NCBI RefSeq assembly: GCF_009914755.1
Contig: NC_060938.1
Reading direction: 5' to 3' (one strand)
DNA length: 64,000 bases
Origin: the human T2T-CHM13v2.0 reference genome, Homo sapiens
Part shown: in pieces, positions 19,146 through 36,915 of the stretch
Position numbering within the stretch: the first letter of the stretch is position 1
How the letters are laid out: every line of letters begins with the position of its first letter
Made by a program: the position numbers and the translations under genes
Notes under the pieces: model-generated
The model's database searches: none
What the model was told of the DNA's origin: nothing
Seen by the model: only the letters and a program-made list of their open reading frames with translations

Positions 19146-21169
19146 TTGGCCATTTTGGTCTTGAAAACCCAGGGACACACTGCAGGGCTGGGGGGGTGGG
19201 GGGGCAGGGGACTCACAGGATGTTCTGTAGAAGAGTGGAGGACCTGCAGCTATGCCTGGAGGAGCAGCGAGGCGCTCCATTGCTGGAAGGACGCTGAGAG
19301 GGGTTCAAACATGGGCAGATGTTCCAGAACCTTCCTGCTGGAAGCCTTCCCGGGCACCTTCCGCCACCTCCTGACCCCCTCGAAGGTGTGTGGACTTGTT
19401 AGGTAGCTCTGACTTTGCTTTGTGGGGTGCTGCCTAATCCTTCCTCCCCTGCGCCCTGGCTGGAGCTCCCCGGGGCCTTTCACACACATTGTCCTTTCAT
19501 CCTCAAACAGTCTCCAGGAAGCAAGCACTGCTGTCATTCCTACTTGACAGATGAGGAAACCAAGGCCGAGAGAGGCGAATTAACCAGCCATTAGGTCACA
19601 CAGGCGGGATGGGGCCTGGAGCCCCTGCAACCTCAGACTCAGCTCCAGGTGCTCCCAAACCTATGGGCAGTGGTGACTGTGCATTTCCACCATCAAAGCA
19701 GCCTTGCACAGGGCCCAGCTGAGTGGAGTGCCAGGCAGTGCCGGGAGGGAGGCGGGGCTGGGGGCTGGCAGTCACGCCTGGGCCTGCAGGCACTGGCTCG
19801 GGGCCTGCTATCCCAGGAGAAACAATCATCTGGCTCGTTGTCAGGCTCGGATTTCTTACCTCCTCAGAGGGGCGCGTGCCACCGGCTGGCCATGGGGAGA
19901 GCTCAGTGGAGCTGGCTCCTCTGAGGCCTCTCTTGGAGCAGGGCCCCTGGTCTCCAATCCCCTGACTTCCGTGCCCCTGTGCCCTCCTGGTCTTAGGCAC
20001 TGACCAGACCCGACTGTAACTGGGCAGTGGTGCTGCCCTAGAAGGGCTGATCTTGCAGGCCAACAGTGTAGGGTGTGTGTCTGGGAGGTGGTTCCCCAGG
20101 CCTCCCTGGTGCTGCTTCAGAGCTTGACACAGAAGTGACCTGCTGGTGTCTGCAGGGCCCCAAGTGCTGAAGGAGGCCTGCCCTGGCTCCTGCTCCCCTC
20201 GGCCCTCCATTCCAACTCCTCTGGCTTCACCTCCCGCTCATCATTCCCTTGCCTGCCCTCCGGGCCCATCCTTGCTCATGCTGTTGGTTGATCCCAACAC
20301 GTCCCTGCTTCCATCCTCGCTAGTGAAAATTGGACACGGCCTTCAAGGTTCAGCTCAGGCACTTCCTCCTCCAAGAAACTGTTCCTGATCTACCTAGTCT
20401 CAGGGAGGCCAGCCTCGCCCACAATTCCTGCTCTCCTGGGCCCCATCACCCAGCTCAGAAACTCAGGGCAGGCCGGAGGGAAGGAGATGGGCTGAGCCCT
20501 CGGACCCCCTCACCTGGGGGCTCACCCTCGGCTTCACTTTAAGGGATCTCCTGCCCCAAGACTGGAGATGCTCCAAGGCTCTGGCAGGGCACACCTGGCT
20601 GCCCAGGAATACAGGGAGGGGACTTCAGCACCCTGCCCACTCTGGGCCCCCAGGGCCTACACTCCCACCCGACAAGGGTGGCTACTCACTGACAGTGACT
20701 TACTCACCCTGGCCCTCAGTCTCTTCATTTGTGCATTGGAGATAATGAAACTTACTTCAAAGCCCAGGTACGTGCTGCCAAAGTGCAGGTTGCAGCATGT
20801 CAGGCCTCTTTAACTGTACCGGGCTTCACACCTATTGGTAGTTACTGGGAGCTGCTACTAATGACATCCGTTCCTCATTCCTGCCCATGAGCAAGAGCCA
20901 GTGCTGGGTGCTGGTGCCTGGGGGAGAGGGCGGTGACGGCAACCCCTGGCTCTGCCTCATCCCACCTTCAGGCACCAACTCTGATGTCCCCACCCTGACC
21001 TCCTCCCTCTCCCTCTTCTCTGTTCCCATGGTCACATGTGCCACCCCCCATGTACATGTCTGTTGTTCTACTGTGTGTCTGTACCTCTCTGTGACCCCAT
21101 CACTCTGCAAGGGCCTGGGCAAGCTGGGGCTCAGGGCGGTCAGGGCTGGCCTAAAGACATAGCGAAGTC

Positions 21170-21594
<425 letters not shown>

Positions 21595-22829
21595 TCAGGA
21601 CAGCGTGCAGGGCATCCTGGGGACACGGCTGGGCATCCTGCAGCCTGCCCCGGCTGGAGCTCCGGTGTCTGGGTGTCTGTAGCAGCCTGTGTGGCAGGGG
21701 TGGGGGATGGGGCGAGTTACTCTCCACAAAGGGCTTCTGGGAAATCAAGCAGCACTCGCTCTGCTGGGTCTTCAAGGAAAGGGACAGGGCCCAAAGACTC
21801 ACGGTGCTACGACTGTCCCGGGGCATCCCTGGGCTTTCTCTGGATACCAGCCCCTTTGCTGTACCCCCTGGTCCCTGCACAGCCCAGGCCCCTGCTGCCC
21901 CTCTTCATGGACAGCAGTGCCATTCACTGGGGTTCCTGTCCCCAGCCACACCCTTTCCGCATACTCACACAGTGGCCTGTTGAAACTCAAATCTGATCAG
22001 CCCATCCATCCTGAAACCTTTCTGGCTTCTGATTGCCTGCAGGATAAAGTCCAACCTCCTTTTCGTGACATTCAAGGCTCTTTGTCTCTTCCTTCAATGT
22101 CTGAACTGCCCTGAAGAGAGGAGGGATGGGGTGTTCCATAGACAGGAGGTGGTAGTGCGGGGCCCTGTCAAGATGTGGGCTCTTGAGGCTCCACCGTCCA
22201 ACTCCCTCCAGGCCTGGTCTCAGGGGACCTTACAGGAAAAGTCTGGCCTTGGTCAGAAAAGCCTAGAGGTTGGCCACAGGCTGGTACGTGGGGGCCCAGA
22301 ACTGGGCCTCTGACCCCTGCAGAGGGAGTCTCAGGCCTGGCCTGGCTCCCTGCCACAGGATCCCTAGAGCCACATGACTGGTCCTACTCTCCCCATTCCC
22401 CTGCTGGGCTCCAGCTCAGTCGCAGGAGCCAAGCCAGATTTGAGGCCAGAGGGCTTGACCAGGTTGGTTCCTGCTAGGTGGCTCTGCGCAGAACCCTCTT
22501 ACAGCCCATCCAACTGGCCGGGTCCCTTCCCTTTTGTACCATTCTTGTTGGTCCCTGTCTGCCTGACCCTGTGTGGCACCTCAGGGCTGCAGCCTTGGTC
22601 TGGGTCCCAGCCACTGGTCACCTTCTGCCCTGAGGCCTGCCCTCCCTGCTGTCTGGGGCTGTCAGCTGGACCTTGGAGCATGGCCATCCCAGGCCCATTC
22701 CTGGCTCTGACCACTGTGAGGGGCCCTGGTACCATCCTCCCTGGGCACAATCCCCCTGGATGCTGGCTGGTCAGGTGGAATCACTTGTTAGCGGAGTATA
22801 ACGGAGTAACAAGCCAGGCGAGGTGGCTA

Positions 22830-22946
<117 letters not shown>

Positions 22947-22994
22947 CTAAACAAAACCTAAAAACCCCCCAAAAACCCAAAAACCAAAACAAAA

Positions 22995-23261
22995 AGAAAA
23001 CTATCCTTGACACTTTAGTGTAAGTACATCTAATGATAGCTGTAATTATTTCGAAAGCATATGTTGTTACGAGTATGGGGACATCTGGACTTTCTCTTGT
23101 AGGAGTGCATCCTTGCAGGTATCTTTAGGCTGTTCCCTTAATTGTAAGCTTCTTGTGACCACAAGTTGTGGCTGGCAAGGAATGTGCCTTGTTAGTCTCA
23201 GGATGGAGATGAACTTACAATGGCATTGCTCTGGCTGTCCTGGGCTCCTGCTTCCCTAATG
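22995..23261 (-). mobile_element. Solo LTR 5' portion (LTR47-like, family name uncertain), flanked by Alus at 22812-22995 and 23262-23510
   Basis: Reverse complement ttagggaagcaggagcccaggacagccagag...aaggcacattccttgccag...gatacctgcaagga...gtcaaggatagtttt; homologous to 30667-31110. Confidence 0.75.
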
Positions 23262-23334
23262 CGCTGGGCGCTGTGGCTCAAGCCTATAATCCCAGCACTT
23301 TGGGAGCCCCAGGAAGGAGGATCGCTTGAGCTCA

Positions 23335-23514
<180 letters not shown>

Positions 23515-23819
23515 TTAAGAAAAAAAAAAAGTGACAGTCCCCAGGAAGGTGCAGGTCGATGGTGGCAGCCACTGTGGTGGCTTGTGGCTGGTGTTCTTGT
23601 CCTATGTTTGTAGCCATCCCTAGGTCCAGGGTTCAGGGCTTCCTGTTCCCAGGAGGGTTCAGATAAGAGGCCCCGAGCAGCCACTCAGGCAGAGCCTCTT
23701 CCTGGGGAGAAGGTGCTCCCTGGGGCGAGCAAGTGGGCAGGCCTTGGCTCTCTCCATTCCTGAATACCTTCTACTGTCTAGGTAGTAGAACACCTTCTAC
23801 TGACCCTGGCCCAGGCTCA

Positions 23820-24500
23820 GATACGGTCCAACCCGGCAGACCCTTCCCGGGGGCCTGTGACGGTCCCAGGCAGGGAGAGCCACGTCGGGGTGGTGGTCAC
23901 CCCCAGCGCCCTGAACCTGCGAAGGCCCAGTGTAGGGGTGAGCGCGCACCGGCTGGGGGGACGTTGGAGAAGCCAAGCAGAGGCAGCCGGGCGCGCCTTC
24001 CTGCCCTCCCGGTGGAGGGGGACGCGGCAGGGACAGGCGGGCGGCCAGCCGGCTTCAGGACGCTTGACAAGGGTTTTGGCTGAGGGTGCGCCCTGGGCTC
24101 TGGAGCGCCCAGGTGCCCCGCCACCCACGGGGGGCGTGGTATGGGGGCGTGGCCTGGGCGTGGCCGGCACCGCCTCTTCCCTTTCCTGAGTCCAGAGGGC
24201 CCCTCCTGCCCGCCACGTTTCCTTCCTGCTGGGGGGCTTCTGTTCTCCCAGACCGGGTCGGTGCTCTTTTCCCCCGGCGCCCCTCCCCCACCCAGCCCGG
24301 GCCTTGCCTGCCGCAGCCACCTTCTTCTCTGATGCTGTGTCCTGGACTTGGTGACAATGGCAAATTGACAAGAAGGCGAGCCTGGGCCTTTCCTGCGGCG
24401 ACATCCAGCTTCCCCCGCCCCTCCCTGGGTGGGTGCCCACCACACGCCCAGCCTGCCGCGTGCTTATCCAGGCCCTCCAGGCCAGGCCTCCGGGTCTTAT
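23820..24500. promoter_or_regulatory. Small CpG island with a triple GC-box (SP/KLF), promoter-like
   Basis: CpG-dense non-repeat DNA; GGGCGTGG at 24132, 24145 and 24156. Confidence 0.65.
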
Positions 24501-25012
24501 GGAAGAAGGCCCCGTGTCTGGGCAGTGCCGTGGCTGTGAGTGAGCATCCGGGGCCAGTCAGATGTGCCGTCTCCGGAGGTCACTTCCATAGTGGCCATCA
24601 ACAGCTTGGCCAAACTCGGCCGCAGGATCTTTTCCTATCAATTGCAGGATGGACTCTTCCCGCAGCCATGCGACCTGTGGCCCGCGGTCCTGCTCCCTGA
24701 GCTGGAGGAGGCTGAACAGAATGAGCAGGTTGAGGCCTGTGGGAAGGAAGAGCCACATCTCCTTCATGTTTATTACCCCCTCCGCAGGCCATAGCTAGGA
24801 GGCCTTGAAGGTTTTTTTAAGGGGGAAAGGGGGTTTCCAGAACCACAGCCGGCTCAGCAGAAAGTCTCCACCAACAGAATCTGTGGGCGCACATTCCTCA
24901 ACAGCTGAAGAAGGGGCTGGAGGGGCTCATGGCATCCCCTCCAGAGGCAGGCCCAGGGCCCTGTGTGCAGTGGGGGGTCCTGCATCTGCATTGTTGTTAA
25001 GAAAGTGACATT

Positions 25013-25899
<887 letters not shown>

Positions 25900-25914
25900 G
25901 GCAACACTTCTTGA

Positions 25915-26820
<906 letters not shown>

Positions 26821-27181
26821 TGAGGTTGGGGAGGGTGTCTGCAGAAGGAGGCTGGAGACTGCTGTAGAATCACTACTACTGGTGACATCGTTGTTCTTCT
26901 CTGACCTGACCCCTGAGTTGGTCAGACTTGGCCATGTGGACAACCCCCTGCTTCTCCCACTCTCTGCTGCCCTAACCTGAGACTGGTTATTCAAGTGTCT
27001 TCCTCACTGTCTCCCCCAAACAGGAAGTATTTTTTGATGCTCTTGCATCTGGGGCTGCCCAACACTGCTCATCCCATGTGGTCATTGCTGGCTTACAGGT
27101 CAGTCTGGCCCTTGCATTCGATGTTCTGTAAGGACAGAGCTCATGGTGCTGGCTCTGAGAAGGAAACAGGAAGTGGCAGAT

Positions 27182-28288
<1,107 letters not shown>

Positions 28289-28599
28289 TTACCCTGCAGA
28301 TGACAAGGCTCAGGGGAGCAGGAGAGCTGCCTTTGAATATTTAGAGGACTGTCCCTTGGGAGTAGGCAAGGACACCCCTCCTGAGCCTCACGGCTCCACA
28401 GGTGGACCAAGAACCAGTGGCAGAAGTACCAGGGAGGCAGATGGTTTCTTGAGGCTCAAGCTGCCTGCTGGTTTCAGACACCTTCTCTTCTGGGGCTTCT
28501 GCCAAATGGTAAATGGAACCCGATCTTTTTGCAAACTTACATTTTTAGTTCTGAAATTGTTGATGACTCCAAACATTTTTATAATTAACAAAGTGTCTT

Positions 28600-30637
<2,038 letters not shown>

Positions 30638-30666
30638 TTGGTAACTTTAAATAATATTCTTTCTGC

Positions 30667-31110
30667 TATTAGGGAAACAAGAGCCTAGGAGAGCCAGGTT
30701 CACAACATCTTAAAACAAACTTCATCTTAAAACTAGTAAAGGACATTCCTTGCCAGTCACATAGTACTGAGATATTTACAAATGAGAAAACAGCTTAAAA
30801 ATACCTGCAAGGACACACTCCCACAATGATGAAAAGTCCAGATGTTCTGATAGACACAATAATATATGCTTTCAAGATAATTCTACTTATGCTGTTTGTA
30901 CCTGCATACTAAAATGTCAAGGATAGTTTTCTTTAAATCAACCGAATAATAAATTCTGTCATGCTATCAGCCCACCCGCGCACGTGGGCACAGCTTAGTT
31001 TAGTCTTTATACAGATAAGACCCCCATATAAAAAAAACTTAAAGCGGGCGCATTTTCTCTGCTTTCTGAGGTCGTCTCGCTCTGTAACTGAGTGGCTTTC
31101 AATAATGAGC
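30667..31110 (+). mobile_element. Solo LTR (LTR47-like, family name uncertain), followed by an AluS (31116-31409)
   Basis: tattagggaaacaagagcctaggagagccagg...atacctgcaaggacacactcc...TATA-like catataaaa at ~31025 and degenerate poly(A) signal aataat at 31101. Confidence 0.78.
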
Positions 31111-31211
31111 TTTTAGGCCAAGTGCAGTCGCTCACGCCTATAATCCCAGCACTTTGGGAGGCCGAGGCAGGCGGATCACCAGAGGTCAGGAGTTCGAGAC
31201 CAGCCTGGCTA

Positions 31212-31613
<402 letters not shown>

Positions 31614-31639
31614 CTAATCGTAATGAACGTGATCGCCGG

Positions 31640-31810
31640 GTATTGAGAGCTTGCAGGTACCAGGGCTCCGGCACTACGTGTTTCACAGGGGCCACTCGGT
31701 AGACCTCTTGGTGACCTTGAGGTCAGGTACCACGTTCCCATTTTACAGAGGAGGAAACTGAGATAACCTACGACAGCGAAAAGGTAGCAGAGCTGGGACT
31801 GGTGCCCAGG
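31640..31810 (-). mobile_element. MIR
   Basis: cccattttacagaggaggaaactgag...ggtagcagagctgggactggtgcccagg. Confidence 0.7.
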
Positions 31811-32309
31811 CTCGCCGAGTGGAAAAGCCCTCGGCCACCGTGGAGAGCTCGCTTCCTGTGGTCTGAAGCGTCGCCCCTGCACCGGCTTCTGCTGCCAAGG
31901 ATGGCTTTTCCTCACTGGTGCCCACCTACGCTCACTCGTGTCATGTGGTTAAGCCCTTTTGGCAACATAAGACCTTTCCCAAGAATGTGCCTCGGTGCAG
32001 AGGAAGACGGTGGGGGCAGGCCCCCTCCCCGGGATGCTCCACCCTCCCTGACCTCACACGGGTGCAACCTGGGCCGTGGCCGAGACCTGCTGTGTGGCAG
32101 ACAATGGGAAGCCTGTGTGTCGTCCTGGGTGCCGGATTTAGACAATATTTAGCTTTCCCTTGGTGGAAAAGCCTTTCCCCTCCTGCTTTGGGCAGGAACT
32201 GGTTCCTGTTGGGCGGGGCCTGGCTGCTGCCCCACCCCCACCCGGCCGGGCACCTTGACCGGCAGCTCTCCGGGCTGCTCCCTGCCTGTGTCCCTGAGCA
32301 CTGACTCCA

Positions 32310-32470
32310 GAGGTTTAATCATTAACGGGCACGTTTGGCCTTCGGTCGTGGGCTGGAATTTGGGACCTGTGCCCGGGAACAATGATCTCCGACACATTAT
32401 TTTGTGTAAAATCACTTTTAGCTGCCATTAGCTAATAAAGCTGGAATAAAGTGAGGTCCATTAACCAGCA
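32310..32470. promoter_or_regulatory. Candidate enhancer core with an HNF1-like palindrome
   Basis: TTTAATCATTAAC at 32314-32326 (12/13 to GTTAATNATTAAC), plus AACAAT and ATTAGCTAAT in an AT-rich patch. Confidence 0.4.
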
Positions 32471-35400
32471 CTGGCCTCTCGGCCTCTGGGGCTCCTTGGG
32501 AGGGACCCAAGGGACTCACCTTTTGAGGACCGTGAAATCGCCGCTAGAAAATGTGCTTACAATTGTGGTCCAGCACTGAAGCTGCTCAGTATGTTTTCAG
32601 TCCCCTCTGTGGCAACCCCGTGTGTGGTTTTGGGGACTGGCAGAGTGCCCTGGAAGCGTGCCCACGTGCTGCAGATCCACCAGAGGAAATGCTCGGGAAA
32701 CGCTGACGCCTGCTTTGCCCCCTGTTTCAGGGTCACCGAATGAGAAGCTGTTGGGATGAATGGCTCCCCCACCCTCCTAGCCCGGGCCAGGGGTCGCCCA
32801 GCAGCAATGCCCACCTCCCTTCGTCATGGGAGGAGCTAGTGCTCCAGTCAGCCCTTTTCATCCTGAGCTGTTTGCTGGAAGTCACCAGTGGGTATCCACA
32901 GCGCAAGCCTCCTCTCTCTCCTTCCCCCAACCTCTGAGACAGCTGGCTGGATGCTCCCTCCAACCCCATTCCCCTGCCCTCTCCTGAGGACAGCTCTGTC
33001 GGGAGCAGGGCCTCCCAGCAAGAGCCAGCAGCTGCGCTGTTTCTGCTGCTCCAGCATTTCGGGGGCAGCTGGCTGGAAGGGTAGGGGCGATTTAGAGAGG
33101 CCCACTGGCAGGTGTGGTGATGGGACTCCATGTCTCCCGCATGGGACGCCCCCTCCTCCCTGGGCTTCATTCTTAGGGTCCCCAGTCATTCTTCCCTGGG
33201 CACAGCCCTCCCTCTCTGTGCCTCATTAGCTCATCCCCAAGTCCACCCTACAGCTGGTCACCTCCGTCTTGGTGCAGCCTGCCTCCATGGCCCCGCCTGA
33301 ATGCTGAGTGCCCAAGGGCCAGTGTTGCAAGGGGACCCCACCAGCCTTTCTACAGAGGCAACCAGAACCCTCTGGCCTCTCCCCATCTTCCTGCCCTCCC
33401 ACATTTCTGCCTCCCTAGCTCTGCCCCCTGCCCCAGGAAGCTGAGGCTGCAAACTCAGAATCTGCCTTCGCCTCTGGTGCGCTGCCAACTCCCCCTTGGG
33501 CAGGCCTGTCGCCTGCAGCCTGTGTCTGTGCTGCCCTCCACTGCCGTGGCAGTGCCCAGGCCAACTGGTCGGCATGCTTGGGCTCAGGGACAACTTCACG
33601 GTCAGCACGTGGCTGTGCATGGCCTTGGACACCTGGAACGTGGAGCCGGTCAGCCAGCAGCTTTCAGACAGGGAGGGGCCGAAGGGTCCAGGCCACACAG
33701 AGGGCCAGGGCCAGCAGCCAGGCACTGGCTGCCACCACCCGTTTTCCCCCAGCAGCCCTGGGCTCTCCCTTGGTGGCTCTGCTCTGTGACTGCGGGCTGG
33801 TTCTTGGACCTCGGTTCCCTGCTGTTCTGGGAGGCTCGGGGCCTAGCTGAACTTGGGGCCTTCCTGCCTGCCAGCCCCTGACTCCGGATGGCCAGACACA
33901 CTCCCAGAAACTCCACCCGGCCTCTTGTTGGCCACCGGAAGGGCTGGCGAGAGCTGCAGGATGCGCACACCCCTATTGAGGGCTTGCCCGCTGCCCCTCT
34001 GGGAGCCTTCCTGGAATCCGGGAAATGAAGGCGCTCTCAGGCAGGACACCCAGTCAGATCCGTCTCGTGCAGGGCTCCGGGCCCCGTTCCTGGCCCTGCC
34101 AGGGAAGCCAGACCCGGCTGCCCAAGAGCAGACCCTGCCTGCAGAAGCGCTCCCAGGGGAGACAGCCAGGACCTCACTGGGAACAGACCCCCCAGGTTAT
34201 TTCCAAGCCTGCCCCTCCTTTGCCTCCCTGCTGCCTCCTCATACCCCCCCCGCACCCCGGCTGAGAGCAGCCACCGCCCAGCTTGCCCTGCCATGGTTCT
34301 CTGCTCAGGCTACAGCCCCCTGGATTAGAGTGGTTTACTGGTCTCTGCTACTTTTAGGATCAAACCTAAACTCTTAAAGAACTTGACCCACAAAGAGCTG
34401 GCTCTGCAGATCCGTGGGGGAAAAGGTAGACTACTCTGTACATAGGGTTTGGACAACTCTCAAGAGAGAAAGCTGGTTTATTTCACATCACTGGGAGAGA
34501 TCCACTCCAGAGGGATTAAATAACTTACAATATAGAAAATATTCGAGTGTGGGCCCTCCTTCACCCCCAAAGTGGGGTGGCTCTCCAGGGTCATCACTGA
34601 AAACACTCGATTGCATAAAAGCCCCGTCGGCTCTGGGCACAGCCAGGAAGGTGCATCTCCCCAGACAAACAAGCTGTATTATCTCCAGCATGTAGGACAG
34701 GGAGGTGATGTTCTCCAGATGTTAGGAGCTGCCTCCCACTCCCCGGCCCTGCCCAGGCTGAGTGCCTGCTGAATGCTTTATGTAAGTGCCAAATGGCAGC
34801 GCTTGCACCCTGGGGCCGGATGGAACAGCAAGGAGGCCTCGGGCCTGGGTGGGGGCCTTGGGGCCCTGCTAACACCATGGGAGGACCTGTGAGGACCAGC
34901 CCTGGGGAATTGCACCTGGCCTCAGGCCCTCCCCTCCTGGCCTGGGACAGAACTGTACAGCCTACTCCAGTTCAGTGCCAAGTGGAGCCACTCCTGCAGG
35001 GCAGTGGGCTGGGTAGGGATGCCACATGTGAGCCGCAGTCTTGGCAGGGACCTGGTTAACCTTGCCCTGCACGCAAGGTAGTCCCTGGACACCACAAAGA
35101 CCAACCGGCTCCAGCCCGGTCCCAGGGAGCTTGTCTCAGAGACCGGCAGGCAGGGCAGGCCCGCTTCAGAAGCTGCCCTGACGGGACATTGCGCTTGTCG
35201 AGGCGACACAGACAGACCTGATGCAGCCCCTGCCGCTGCTCTGCGACCCAGTTCCCTGAGCTTGGCTTCTCTCAGCTGTGGACAGGGATAAGAATCAGGG
35301 CACCTGCCTCAAGGGTGGCTGTGAGGGTGAGATGGCGCAGCCCAGGTGCCCGGGCATAGTCAGCACTTGGGAAGGTGCCCTGGGTGTGCCCCAGGTGCAT

Positions 35401-35620
35401 AGTGCACACAGGGTGGGGATGAGGGGCTCCCACAGGTCTGGAAGATTTCCTGGGTCTGCACTGGGTGGCCTGGGCTGACACGTGGGCAAGAGCACCCTGG
35501 CCTGCAGGGCACAGGATGTACAGAAACTCCAAGGCCAGGGGGATGGTGAGAGGCTGTCCCACTACAGGGCCTGGAGAGCCGCTGTGGTCTGGGAGGGACA
35601 GCGTGCCAGACTTTCCTCCT

Positions 35621-35830
35621 GGGAGTCTCCTGGCCTCCTGCTGTCTGTCATGACCGGGAGCCTCCCGGCCTCCTGCTGTCTGTCATGACCGGGAGCCTCC
35701 CGGCCTCCTGCTGTCTGTCATGACCGGGAGCCTCCCGGCCTCCTGCTGTCTGTCATGACCGGGAGCCTCCCGGCCTCCTGCTGTCTGTCATGACTGGGAG
35801 CCTCCCGGCCTCCTGCTGTCTGTCATGACC
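35621..35830. repeat. 35-bp minisatellite x6
   Basis: gggagcctcccggcctcctgctgtctgtcatgacc at 35621, 35656, 35691, 35726, 35761 and 35796. Confidence 0.97.
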
Positions 35831-35879
35831 TCCTCTGGCTCCCAGAAGGCCTGGGCTAGTTCATTTCCCCTCAAGATTC

Positions 35880-36915
35880 CCAAGCCAAGGGTGATGGTGT
35901 ATGCCTGTAGTCCCAGCTACTCTGGGGCTGAGTCAGGAGGATCACCTGAGCCCAGGAGTTTGAGTCCTGAGGAACATCTCTGAAAAAAAAAAAATTAATT
36001 AAATTAGAAAACGATTCTCCCAGCACTTTGGGAGGCTGAGGCGGGCAGATCACTTGAGGTCAGGAGTTTGTGACTAGCCTGGCTAACAGTGAAACCCCGT
36101 ATCTACCAAAAATGCAAAAATTAGCCAGGCGTATTGGTGTACGCCAGCTACTCCAGAGGCTGAGGCAGGTGGATCACCTGAGGTCAGGAGTTCGAGACCA
36201 GCTTGGCCAACATGGTGAAACCCTGTCTCTACTAAAATACAAAAATTAGCCAGGCATGGCGGTGCATGTCTGTAATCCCAGCTACTCCTTAGGTTGAGAC
36301 AGGAGAATAGCTTGAAACCGGGAGGTGGAGTTTGCAGTGAGCTGAGATCATGCTACTGCATTCCAGCCTGGGTGACAGAGCGAGACTCCATCTCAAAAAT
36401 AAAACAAAATAAAATTAAAATTAAAAAAGAGTCTCAAGATGCCCCCAAAGGACTTGGCAAGTGCCTAGTAATGAGGGCTCTGTAAATGTCCGTTTGAGAA
36501 TCTATCTCGTCTCAAGATTCTCCTCACTCTCCTTCTCCCCGCACTGCTCCAGCGATGCATGAGCTTGGTCCTTGAAGTTTTTTCTTTTTTTCTTTTCTTG
36601 TTTGTTTGTTTTTGAGACAGGGTCTTGGTGTGTTGCCCAGGCTGGAGGGCAGTGGCACCATCTTGGCTCACTGCAGCCTCGACCTACCAGGCTCAAGTGA
36701 TTCTCCCACCTCAGCCTCTTGAGTAGCTGGGACCACAGGTGCACACCACCACACCTGGCTAATTTTTGTATTTTTGTAGAGACAGGGACTCGTTATGTTT
36801 CCCAGGCTGGTCTCAAACTCCTGGGCTCAAGCGATCCTCCTGCCTCAAAAGTACTGGGATTACTACTCAGCCTCCTAAAGTACTGGGATTGCAGGCGTGA
36901 GCCACCATGCCTAGC
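35880..36915. mobile_element. Alu cluster: monomer (+), three-arm AluS chimera 36017-36428 (+), AluJ 36577-36915 (-)
   Basis: Alu arm sequences and tails. Confidence 0.88.

Noticed and set aside
35621-35830. CRISPR-like look of a 35-bp palindromic repeat
   Set aside because: Units are contiguous with no unique spacers, there are no cas genes, and the context is primate DNA
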